In this document: positions 38,101-47,270 of the stretch, piece after piece
Layout of the letters: the number at the start of each line of letters is the position of its first letter
How positions within the stretch are numbered: the first letter of the stretch is position 1
Source of the DNA: Tubulanus polymorphus
Lineage: Eukaryota; Animalia; Nemertea
DNA length: 64,000 bases
Direction of reading: 5' to 3'
Assembly (NCBI RefSeq): GCF_964204645.1
Contig: NC_134028.1
Span: 24,052,345-24,116,344 of the forward strand
Notes under the pieces: model-generated
The model's input: the letters and a program-made list of their open reading frames with translations, nothing else
What the model was told of the DNA's origin: nothing
Databases searched by the model: none
Translations under genes and position numbers: made by a program

Positions 38101-41100
38101 TTGGAAGCGGATGAGATCCGACTAGGTGCCGGGCATTGATATAAATCAGTTCAGCCGATTGATAAAATAGATTTAGTTAGTGACGACGTTGATTATATGA
38201 GAGGAGGGGGAGAGAGGAGAGAAGGGAGGGGAGAGGGAAGGGAGAACACCGATAAATTAATAACTACAGGGATGCGAAAGCAATTACACAGATTTTCACG
38301 GAAAAAATCGTTATAAAGTATAGAGAAAGGAGGATCGATAGCCACGCTTATACGGAGATGTTTTGGCCCGGGTCAAACTGGCCCAGACCAGATTCAGATG
38401 TAGCCTGTGCGTTCACATGCAAATCACTTGCTTGGTTCTATAAGTGCAATCAAAATGATGCTGTGGCAAGTGAGGTATGTCACTTCCAGCATTAACGTGG
38501 AATGATTTGATCCACGCTAAGATTCGGAATGGGCCTGGGCTGATATTTGGCTCCAGAATAAAAACTCGGCCTGGGTTGATAATATTTTTTCTGATCATGG
38601 CAGGCTGATGGTCCAAAATACAACTGCCATGTTGCCTATATACTGTATATAGATATATACATTGAGTAATGCGTATTGCACATAAATGGCAGATATGTAT
38701 ATGCAGAAGTGACAGGTAAGAGTTTTTCAAAGGTCTCAACTCGACGATATATCAAAAGATTTTCTCAAGACTTTCTCTCACATATGGCTGTCACGTTATC
38801 GATTCGGTCCTTACTTAAATATACTCGGCGCGTATTAAATTGCCACTGTATACCGGCGCATGCGAGAGGAGATGTACGAGAGGCAGCCACACTTCACTCT
38901 CGTTCAACTCTGACTTTCAGACGATTGAAATAGTCGAATAGTCGCGTATCGCATACGAAAACTACCTGTACAAGTAACATTATCCCGGGCCCCGATGTGA
39001 AAAACCTTCGCTTATTGAAAAGACTCATATATTTTTCAACGCGCGGCGACTGTTTCGTTTTATGACGCGAACAATTCCTAGATTTTTCGACAAAAAAAAC
39101 TAAGACGCGCAGTCCCTGACTGCGGAATTAGAAATTTATACGTAATGCGAATATCGCGTGTTTCAAACACAGGAGATATTTCTGATCTGGGAATTTCGAC
39201 ATATCTCCAGAAGCCGTCGAAATCAATTATTCATTGGTTTCTTCTCAGTTCTAATTCATTGGTTTGTGTTTCTCAAGTTTCGCCGGGAGTTTTCTATGCT
39301 GAACTAAAGACATCAGGAGTCGTGTGCCAAATCATTATTTGTGTGCCATGTCATCAGTCGTGTGCCATGTCACCAGTAGAATATCATGCAATCAGTTGTG
39401 CGCCATACCATAAGTGATGTGCCATATCACAGGTTTTGTGCCATCATCAATTGAGTGCCATGTCATCAATCTTGTGCCAAATCATTATTTGTGTGCCATT
39501 ACATCAGTCGTGTGCCAAATCATTATTTGTGTGCCATGTCATCAATCTTGTGCCAAATCATTATTTGTGTGCCATTACATCAGTCGTGTGCCAAATCATT
39601 GTTTGTGTGCCATTACATCAGTCGTGTGCCAAATCATTATTTGTGTGCCATTACATCAGTCGTGTGCAATGATGTCTAAGATGGTAAACGAATATGAGCG
39701 CCTAGAATAACCCCCCTCTCCTCCCTGTGTCTACGTCCAAGTAGTTTCACATTTCTTGTTACGAGACAAAAATGATCAAGCGCGATAGATTAGCTCGGGT
39801 TCGTTCTCCGGAGCCACACAAGGTCAGACACATCGAGGAGGATTGGTCCTCACGAGACCGACATCATCAGACTCCACTCGTTGACCAGAATACCGCGCGG
39901 TGAGGATCGTGGATACGAACAGCTATCAATAGATCAAACTTATATTTTTAAACAGGCTGAGCTTAGCGGAAGATAAATTGCGAGTGAAGTGGTGCCTAGA
40001 TTCCTAGGAACGGCTTTTCTAAGGTTTCAAAATCTGATTTCAGCATTTCATTCTTGTGAAGAGCCGATTCGCCTTTGACATTTATAAAGAAAAATATATT
40101 TCAAAGTTTTCGTTTTAATGGCTATATTTTAATGGTTTTATATGCGTTGGATATAAGTCTAGTTTAAAACGGTTTCATATGACTTACAAGTTACGAGATA
40201 CGGAAGCTATTATTAGCTGCCCTGATGGCTTTATAAGGCCTTTATTTCGATCAGCTTTTCAAGGGATTACACGAGCGCGCGGACTGCGACTGACTGCACG
40301 GGGGCTCGATGTAATTACCGCGGTCATCGTTAATAAAAGGGATACATCGCTCTAGATGAGCCGTTTACAAGATTAGTAATATAAGCGCTATGCAGGCGAC
40401 ATGTTCAGAGGGCGATGACTCAGGAAGTTTTCATATGCGGCTGACATACTGCGCACTTTGTCCTCGTCGTCGCTCGCAATTATATTCTCTCGCCTAGAAT
40501 GATAATACGGGCAACATGCGCAACACGACAAGAGCTCAAGGGAAATTCATACTATCTGATGAAGAACTCATATATATATATCGCAGATTGAAACTAATAT
40601 CTTATGTCATCGAAAATAAAATTTTCCGTTCATTTTGCGCGGAATTGAAATTTATGGGTGTTACTTTGATGAAGCGTTGCGCTGAATTCTGTTCATTTAA
40701 ACCGACCGAAATATAGCGTGAAGACGATATATTATAAAGTGTTATAAAGAAATTTGTTAAATTTGCGTCAGATTCTCGATATTAGTTCTCGGGAGGAATG
40801 AAGGCGTTAAGCGGGCTCTGGCTTTAAAAAGGATGCCGGAGTTAATCCGTGGCTCGACTTCCCAAATTCCTGGATAGCCTATTTCCTTGATTTAGAATTC
40901 GAAATCTCTGATTTGAAATTCAGGATTTGACAACAAAATATATCGGTTGAGTAGTCAAAATCAGGCATGAATATCCGAGTCAAATGGCGCCAAACTCTCA
41001 CCATACAACGTTCACTCAGCCTCTCTTGTCTCACTTACTCTTGATATGATTATACGTAGACCGTGATTAATGAGGAAAAGGGCGAAATACTCTATCAATA

Positions 41101-42680
41101 ATTAGTGAATATACAACAGGACAAGGAAACTGGACGCAGCAGCAGCAGCAGTCGGGTTAATGACCAGTGGACATCGAGTAGAAGCTTTGATCTATGACTG
41201 AGAAGAGGCGTTCAGTGATTCATCTGATAAATCATTCATCATTCTCCGCGAAGAGTCGACTCAGCGTTCAACTTACTGGTGTCATGTCACAGCCCGAGTC
41301 TCGGAGTCACAGTCGACTTAATATTTAACGAAGATTAATTCGGGGCTTGAAAGCCGCGCGAAGTATACTAGAGGATGTTATAACGTCGGCTGCGGAGCGG
41401 GTTCAACCGGTCTATCGTCAAAAATAGGACCGAACTGTTTGTGACCAGTCAGCATTATTCACTATAATGACAGTACCGAGTTTAACGATAATTACGAACA
41501 TCTAGGTTGAAGCTATTACGACAGAATGCCTGCTCTAATTGCGCGGCTATTATAGAAAATATTCAATACAGCAACGCACCAATATAGAAGGTCATCGGCT
41601 AATTTTCATAGAATTGATGCATGCCTAGCAGTACATGATTGATACATGCTTTGTATCGAATACATTACACCCATATCTCATCGGATTCTTTACGCGCTTG
41701 ACTTTTTTCATTGTCTTTCGAGCTTAATTATGCTTTAATTAAATCATCCGAATCGTAATTACCGATACATAGCGTAGTTAGAGAGCTTCAGAACGGCCTC
41801 GCGTCTAATAATGCGGGCTTCGCGGGAACAATCATCGTAACCTACTACGAATTGGGTTCCGATTGAATATCACTCCGATATTCAGGACACATGCGCCAAA
41901 ATTGATCGATCGAATACATTTCCTTCCTTTCGATTAAAAAACTCAAGAGTGAATATTAAGTAAAAAGAGCGAGAACGAAAGCCAGTTCCATGCAGTGCCA
42001 CACTAGGGTCACTTAACCATTTCTCGACCAAACGTTGTTTATGACATCAGTATTGGAATGGGGAACCGCCATCTTGGTATTCCGCTTTTTTTGATGAAAG
42101 CTGTGCCAATCATTGAGTAGAAAGTGAATGTATTGTATATTTGGCGGGTTCTGCGATGATTTATGAATTCGGGAGCCTAGAAATTCAGTTCAAAGTCGAT
42201 TGATGATGAGATGTTAGCGCTTGCCACGCCATCTGGCGGTAAAGCTGGTATCCCGGTTCCCCATCGGTCGTTGGTCATGGCGAGAAAAGGCTAAGGACAA
42301 ACTGAAGCGATAGTGCTACAGTAAGGTGATATATACGAGTCTAAACTACGGGATGCGGAGACATATAAACTGAAACAAACCCTGTTACTTACTGTCTGTT
42401 GTTCTACCCCATTAGGCGTTACCGATTGACATGGTTGAGTTGTAAATGGTTGTTGTTGTGCTGGTTGTTGCTGAGAATCCGTTTTGACGACGGCGAACGG
42501 AGGCGGCGCTTGTTGCTGTTGCTGCGGTTGTTGCGGCTCGGCGACGACCGACTGCGGTGGCGCCACCGACGCGGCGGCCACGGCTGCCGCGGCCGCTTGT
42601 GTCTGTTGTTGGAACGCTTCTTCGAGTCCCGGCGTCGGGAACTGTTGATACGTTGGCGGCATCTGATTTTGCACCATGTG
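1861..42680 (-). CDS. Rbfox: Rbfox / Fox-1 family RNA-binding splicing regulator, multi-exon gene: complement(join(1861..1905,2503..2572,3309..3412,3591..3642,4785..4920,6123..6194,9374..9445,11186..11246,19176..19268,25589..25639,34387..34527,42393..42680))
   Basis: Spliced translation contains [83 protein letters not shown] (Rbfox RRM) and C-terminal [11 protein letters not shown]. All exons are bounded by AG/GT and phases are compatible (1185 nt total). Confidence 0.97.
2503..2572 (-). CDS. Rbfox: Rbfox exon (70 nt, phase 2-0): [23 protein letters not shown]
   Basis: Acceptor atccatttcag|, donor TCA|gtaagt; matches the protostome GREY.DPYLGHxIGPV motif. Confidence 0.93.
3309..3412 (-). 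CDS. Rbfox: Rbfox exon (104 nt, phase 0-2): [35 protein letters not shown]
   Basis: Acceptor tttattttgtag|, donor GG|gttagt; Ala/Tyr-rich C-terminal domain. Confidence 0.9.
3591..3642 (-). CDS. Rbfox: Rbfox exon (52 nt, phase 2-0): [17 protein letters not shown]
   Basis: Acceptor tatttttcag|, donor CAG|gtaaaa; matches the GVVYQD(G/P)F motif. Confidence 0.92.
4635..4734. mobile_element. ~100-bp MITE family (TIR GG.CCCAGTTC.AC); relatives at ~45868-45960 and ~51483-51583
   Basis: Shared TIR and internal 'aaaatgaactg / gttaactc' segments among the three copies. Confidence 0.65.
4785..4920 (-). CDS. Rbfox: Rbfox C-terminal domain exon (136 nt, phase 1-2): [21 protein letters not shown]...ALPYAP
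   Basis: Acceptor atatttgtag|, donor CC|gtaagt; resembles the family xRGAxLRGRGR segment. Confidence 0.92.
5082..5255. mobile_element. MITE with ATGGGGAAC TIRs; second copy at 42058-42264
   Basis: Inverted ends and shared 3' part 'cacgccatctgg.gg..agctgg...gttccccatc'. Confidence 0.7.
6123..6194 (-). CDS. Rbfox: Probable Rbfox cassette exon B (72 nt, phase 1-1): (G)[23 protein letters not shown]
   Basis: Acceptor ctgcgtctaatttag|, donor A|gtatgt; open frame; flanked by GCATG motifs at 6068, 6249 and 6293. Confidence 0.65.
7488..7760. repeat. Decayed gtcgca/ttgcaac-rich element; relative at ~24650-24877
   Basis: Shared 'cggtt(g/a)caactgg' and 'gcaag..(c/t)gaccta' segments. Confidence 0.45.
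8328..8584. mobile_element. MITE with CAGGGTGGCCACT TIRs; related CAGGG.. 'ttccctga/ttttccagg' elements at ~2945-3236, 3683-3930, 21420-21634, 34096-34334, 43853-44199
   Basis: Perfect 13-bp (extendable to 16-bp) inverted ends; shared internal motifs among copies. Confidence 0.75.
9038..9307. mobile_element. Dispersed GGCCCGG-rich MITE family; copies at ~38341-38620, 45553-45620, 60030-60306, 62240-62610, 63112-63420
   Basis: Shared 'gagacgatttggcccggg' and, in most copies, 'atcaaaatgatgctgtggcaagtgag'; inverted ends AGC..(C/A)ATCACAC at 9038 and 60030. Confidence 0.8.
9374..9445 (-). CDS. Rbfox: Probable Rbfox cassette exon A (72 nt, phase 1-1): (A)[23 protein letters not shown]
   Basis: Acceptor ttctattttcag|, donor G|gtacgt; open in the required frame; symmetric so it can be skipped. 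Confidence 0.7.
10818..10940 (+). repeat. Degenerate ~43-bp tandem repeat x3
   Basis: tgaac(g/t)t..a.....g.actataga.gaag.tc..(c/t)caata units at 10818, 10861 and 10903. Confidence 0.55.
11186..11246 (-). CDS. Rbfox: Rbfox exon, end of RRM (61 nt, phase 0-1): [20 protein letters not shown]
   Basis: Acceptor gatttcgcag|GTG, donor G|gtgagt; VNNATARV is conserved in the family. Confidence 0.96.
11741..12691 (+). repeat. Minisatellite, ~30 copies of a 30-31 bp unit GACTAATAGGGTATAGTCAAAACGTAAAGAT
   Basis: Direct inspection; each unit has a GACTA/TAGTC inverted repeat; no unique spacers. Confidence 0.97.
14814..14933. repeat. Dispersed ~120-bp repeat (SINE-tail-like); copies at ~29953-30075 and ~49301-49394
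   Basis: Shared 'aaaccccctgtttcgctcc..gcaggtgtggtggg...aatcaaatcttccaacc'. Confidence 0.7.
19169..19304 (-). promoter_or_regulatory. Three UGCAUG Rbfox elements around the 93-nt exon (19299-304 beside branch-point-like TTAAT; 19272-77 abutting the acceptor CAG; 19169-74 within the 5' splice site)
   Basis: Exact TGCATG hexamers on the sense (minus) strand. Confidence 0.85.
19176..19268 (-). CDS. Rbfox: Rbfox 93-nt RRM exon incl. RNP1: [31 protein letters not shown]
   Basis: Acceptor tcatgcatgcag|GGA, donor GAG|gtgcatg; same length and content as the vertebrate autoregulated 93-nt exon. Confidence 0.97.
20975..21325. mobile_element. Young MITE (PIF/Harbinger-Tourist-like), perfect 43-bp TIRs, TTA target-site duplication
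   Basis: tta|AGCCTAGCGCACATCGACACTGCGATTGGAGACAACTAGTTGC ... exact reverse complement|tta. Confidence 0.9.
23357..23390 (-). ncRNA. Minimal hammerhead-like motif, on the Rbfox sense strand
   Basis: Reverse complement reads CTGAAGA-T-GACTA[ttagaata]TAGTC-GAAAC-GTT; no clear helix I. Confidence 0.55.
25589..25639 (-). CDS. Rbfox: Rbfox RRM exon (51 nt): [17 protein letters not shown]
   Basis: Acceptor cttttgtttttgtag|TTC, donor AAG|gtatgt; near-identical to the family sequence [18 protein letters not shown]. Confidence 0.95.
29122..29175 (+). repeat. (CTG)18 microsatellite = (CAG)18 in the pre-mRNA
   Basis: Pure uninterrupted triplet run. Confidence 0.97.
31289..31490 (+). repeat. ~200-bp polypurine (GA-rich) tract; CU-rich on the sense strand
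   Basis: Almost exclusively A/G on the plus strand. Confidence 0.9.
32090..32181. repeat. 4 x 23-bp tandem hairpin repeat AGTCATCTTCAGGAATGACTACT, flanked by decayed hammerhead-family copies (32070-32101 minus, ~32200-32232 plus)
   Basis: Direct inspection; contains the reverse complement of CTGAAGATGACT. Confidence 0.8.
33531..33670. mobile_element. ~140-bp MITE with ~26-bp imperfect TIRs GGGGCC(T/A)(A/G)TTGCA..
   Basis: ggggcctattgcacagtcgtgactta ... taagccatgactatgcaactggcccc. Confidence 0.75.
33670..33703 (+). repeat. Decayed hammerhead-like copy of the same family
   Basis: CTGAAGATGACT[attaggatac]AGTCAAAATGTC; the core differs from the intact copy at both CpGs. Confidence 0.55.
34387..34527 (-). 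CDS. Rbfox: Rbfox exon with start of RRM incl. RNP2 (141 nt): QTDLESE...[24 protein letters not shown]
   Basis: Acceptor ttttttgcag|CAG (NAGNAG), donor GGG|gtaagc; [13 protein letters not shown] is the Rbfox hallmark. Confidence 0.97.
39457..39668 (+). repeat. Minisatellite, 38-bp unit built from two 19-bp TGTGCCA subunits (~5.5 copies; extra copy at ~39311-39370)
   Basis: gtgtgccaaatcattattt/gtgtgccattacatcagtc repeated. Confidence 0.9.
42393..42680 (-). CDS. Rbfox: Rbfox shared N-terminal exon (288 nt, phase 0-0): [18 protein letters not shown]...NGVEQQT
   Basis: Acceptor ttttttcgtttcag|CAC ATG GTG, donor ACA|gtaagt; Q/P/A-rich low-complexity N-terminus; in-frame ATG at 42677. Confidence 0.9.
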
Positions 42681-44999
42681 CTGAAACGAAAAAAAAATTA
42701 ACGAAATTCAATATAGGATGATAGATCACTGATTAGGAACTATCAATACGCCCTATACGACGTACGAGTGTCCGTCGTAATAAACTGAATTACTCGTAAT
42801 AAGATAAAGCCAAGATAGAATTATCGTCCCGTTTATAGTTTGCGAGATCGTTTCGCGCAAAAATCGATATCGTTAAAAATGACCACGAACCATCAGTCCG
42901 GAATGAGGGTCGATCTTCGAGAAATCCATCATTCTGTTTTTTAGCGGTATCGTTTATAGCTCGCGTGAACTTCCGATCAGGCGCGCGTCACACGAGATAC
43001 GAAATAACTTCCTCAATCGACGAAATAACAACCAACGGTAAATAAATTTAAAAAAATGACACGTCCGCAAAGTCGGAAAGCTTTGACGGCGACCGAATTC
43101 ACGATCGGATTCTTCGTACGATCAGCTTCTAATCAAGAGACGGGAATGCCGATACTGGGACAGTTTCAGCGCTCCGGTTTTTACACATAACTGATGACAA
43201 TAACGGGTAACATAATCCTATTGGCTGGTGCCACATGAGGGATGTAATTACACGGCTAATACTACTGCAATTAGGCAATGTTAAGTGATTGCAGAATGGC
43301 CTGCATTAATAATTTGATGGCTTCGTTCGTCACGGGGTCATAAGGGACCCACATCTGCCAACCGGATGGATACATGTATATACATCTATATACAGAGATA
43401 CAGTGTATTAAAAACTATCAGGAGATGATCTTAATCCGGGGCTGCTGCAAAAAAGACTAATTTATTACATAAATGCGACCCACGTCAGGAAGCAAAGTCC
43501 CCGCCGAGGTTAATTAGGCATGTACTCGAAATCGTCGCGGAATTAAAACATATTTTTGATTAGACTAATTGCGCATCTTTTCATCGGCATTTAGCGATAT
43601 ATATATATTCATATTCATCGTTATAAGACAGTTAATGACAACGACGACGTCCCGCATCCACTTGAAAAGATTATACTAGTAGATAACAATCGACCCCTAT
43701 CTCTCGACTGAAGTTTCTAGCACAATCGTGTCAGAAAACGATGAGGATGTAAATCAACTAGAAATAATTGATACCGAGTATCATAAGTATATTCAGTATT
43801 ACCGATAAAATGTTTCGCCCGATACAAACTCAAAACCAGTCATCAGTAACCACAGGGTTCTTACGGGTTCCCAATTTCATTTTTTCCATTACTTCTCCAT
43901 ATCCAGAGTACCGGTATGAATTTTCCATACCTCCCTAGTTACATACTTCCGACCTAGAACAGGTCCATTCAAAGTAAAAAGGTGTGAATGTCATCGACAA
44001 AGTGTTTTTGTGAATTAGTTTTATCAAATGTATAGTTAGACATTTATGGCCTAATTTTCAAAATGGAAGAACTTTATTTTGAGACTATTTTCCGTACCTA
44101 TTCCACAGCCAGAAAACAAAAATTCCTGGTTTTCCAGGTGCAGGAAAAAATTTCCTATCCAAAATTTTCAAAGACTTTCTAAAACCAGTAAGAACCTTGT
44201 AACAACTTTGTATCAATTTATAAATGATTTTTTGACGAGTTAATAGTCCATTGTTTTGCGTAAATAGTTCTTTTAAGGATGCACGATTTTACGCATGTAT
44301 TTTTGTATACACCAAACATAGCAGTTTATCACCGCGCATGTCCAGGCACTGGAAATTATACGGTAACATGATATATTATTTGTTGCGTATAAATACATCT
44401 TACCGCGGACAAAGGACAAAGAGGGAAAAGATAGATCTAATAGGGCATTCTCAGAAACGTTTTACCTGCCGCGAAGTATATTTAGCTTAAATGCAACGAT
44501 AAAATCGATAGACGCCACTAAACTATTCAACTTATTATGAACCTGCGGGCGTCGTGCGTTTTTGAATATACCAGGTTCTCAGATATACCCGGGGTTAGAT
44601 ATAAATATAGAAATACTATCACGTCGCTTTACGTCGTCGACGCTTTCTGAAAAATTCCAGTCTAAACACAGGGCGTGTTTTCATTTCTGGCGCTTTAAGG
44701 CTTTTAAGGCTTTAAGGAAGAACATCTGACGATTGACGCTCGATGTTTTATGGAACTCTTCCAGTTTTTTCGAAAAATAAAACGCTATCCGCGTTCGACT
44801 AAAAAAAAAAAAGGCAAACAATATAATCCCCGAAAACTAAGCGTTAAAACATCTCATAAATTGTGTAAAACATAAGAAGTTAAGACGATCTTAAAGCTGA
44901 CTAAGTAAGCAAGCGGTCTTAAAATCTGCTACTACCTAGCATTACGAATAGAAGAACAGCCTGTAAACAACTGTGACGTGGAGAATAGATAATAAATAA

Positions 45000-45238
45000 G
45001 TTCAAAACGCGCTATATACAAAATTTAAAAGATTGAAAATGAAGGCGATGATCTCTAGTGCGAGTTCAAAATGTCGTGTTTCAAATTTGCAATTCCACAT
45101 TAGCTTATCCCAAAAATTCTACATTTTTTCGCAGGCGTTGAATAATTCATCAAAATTAATTTTTGTCGTTTACATTATTTTTGGTAAAAAAATTCGCTTT
45201 TAATCTCTAAAATTTTGTATATAGTGGGTTTTAAGCCG
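45000..45238. mobile_element. MITE family (TIR G..TTAAAACCCACTATATACAAAATTTA); copies at ~25802-25975 and ~6796-6900
   Basis: Inverted ends and shared 'aaatttaaaagattaaaagcga' / 'gagttcaaaatg' segments. Confidence 0.7.
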
Positions 45239-46957
45239 ATTAGCACGACGACATTCTAATTACGGGACACCGAAATTACGAGTGAACATTAAAGAGCGGA
45301 ATAGCCGCGGTAATGATTTGTTCGTCTCTTTCACGATCTGTCAATGTTCGCGATGTTTTCACGTCGCGACTTACACGGAAGATTAGATGTCTCCTCGATG
45401 CCGTACGACAAGAGCCACCGAAGGAGTCGGGATGCTAATTACATCAGACGAAACTCAAACGACAGAAGGTCGAAACTTGATCCGTATAATACACGAGCAA
45501 AATGATGTGAAACGCAATGAAACCGGAGCAGTGATTACCTGCCGACGATTCAGGCCGTGACCAAATGGGCACGAATCAGTCCCAGAGTCAAATTCGGCCC
45601 GTGCCAAATTAGGTTTTGGACAAAAATTCTGCTAGGGTTCCTGCACTAAATAATCTACTTAATTCCACGGACTACTTTCCAAATCTTCCCCAACTCGAAA
45701 TGTCTACAACTTGCCAGATTTCTAGGGAATTTCAACGCGCGTGATAAGATCGTTAGAGGCCAAGAAATAAACAAAGACCAGAAAACATGAAAATATCATT
45801 ACACCAAAAAGTTCCATGACTTTCACTGACTTACGCAGTAAGGAGCTGAAATTCCCTTCAAAGACCAAGTCCGAGTTCCACGGTCTTGAGTTAAGAGTTG
45901 TATCTGTTCATTTTCTACGAGTTAGCTCAAATCTCGACTCGGAAATATAGAACTAGGTCCTGGACAAACTACTTTAGAATTACCCGATATTCTGAGATAA
46001 ATGCGAGAACCATCTTAAATACGCCGCCAGTTAGCGCAAAGAATAAAATCCCAGCTCAATAATTCAATAACAAGAACTACAGACCTCTACAGTCTCCGAG
46101 AGATTTCCATCTACCGGAATAATGAGGATTTTTTTATCCGTCGTAGTCGTAGTTATCAGAGCCTGTTCTTTATCCATCTTAGTTCGGCGCGCGTGATTGT
46201 AACTACACAACTTTCCTTTTTCATCGAAGTCGTATATACACGAAAAACACACAAACACACGCATCAAATTATAACCACATCGATGACCTTGTCACGCTAT
46301 AAATTTCGGATAATTTTCATGACAAAAAACGCTTCGGAATAATTCGAGCGTCGACCGTTTCACGAAAATAATCGTCGCAGCGACACCGACTCCTGACGTC
46401 TATACGAACGCATAGAACAATAGATATATATATATATCAAGCTGAAGCCTATTTAATAATAAGTGAGATCGCGGTGGAAACACCATCATTAAACATTCAT
46501 AGAAAATGTCTTGATTTTATAGCCATACGTCGTATATGATAGCCCTGCAGCCCCGGTCGGTCGTCATAACCCTGCGTCAATTTCGAACACGTGAAACTAT
46601 TTATTTTTATTATCTACTTTTATAATTATCTCAGCGTTCGGATTAAGCACACATGTATGTATGTATGTATAAAAGATCGGCAAAAACCTCCTAATGCATA
46701 ATTTCTGATTCCGTGTTTATTAAGCCGAAAATGATCTAATAACGCGTTCGTCCCAAAGGAAATCATCGTACGACGGAAACCGAGCGTATATGCGTGCGGC
46801 GAAAATCAGGGCGAATCCTTCACCGATGAGTTTTGAGAAAGTAGGTTTAAACTGATTTAGAAGGTTCGAGTTTGGACCAGCAGGCACGCGTGGCGTGTAT
46901 GTACTAACACCGTATACCAGTTTATACAACATAGATTATACACAATACAGCAAATAC

Positions 46958-46990
46958 CTTGAGCCAAAATCTATTTGGTATAAGTAGCAT
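46958..46990 (-). CDS. Rbfox: Candidate alternative first coding exon (MLLIPNRFWLK)
   Basis: gaaaATG context, phase-0 donor AAG|gtattt; downstream of a TATA/Inr-like promoter. Confidence 0.45.
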
Positions 46991-47099
46991 TTTCCCTGTA
47001 AACTCCCGATTATTCAGTCACTGGTTAAAATGACACAATTCCCGTCGAGCGTGTACGTCCTCGTTCATCGGAGCGACGACATTTTCATCATCTCTCTGA

Positions 47100-47270
47100 A
47101 AGTCTTAACTGCTACAGCTGCTTCTTCGCCGTTTATAGAGGGCTGGTCTATTGATTGGAGTGAGGGGAGAGACGACAGATGCAGCAGCAGCAGCGGCGGC
47201 GGTGGCGACGGAGCTAGAGAGAGAGAAATCTCAGCAGCACCGCGAGTAAGCGACACTGCTGCACAGCTTG
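47100..47270 (-). promoter_or_regulatory. Candidate TATA promoter: CCAAT (47154-58), TATAAA (47132-37), Inr-like GCAGTT (47107-12), upstream GC/GA-rich tract
   Basis: Motif order and ~27-nt TATA-to-Inr spacing seen directly. Confidence 0.45.

Noticed and set aside
39414-39710. Cys/His-rich ORFs resembling zinc fingers or metallothionein
   Set aside because: Translation artefact of a 19/38-bp minisatellite that is open in several frames.
42399-42729. Alternative-frame and antisense ORFs over the N-terminal exon
   Set aside because: Shadows of the GC-rich Rbfox exon 42393-42680.
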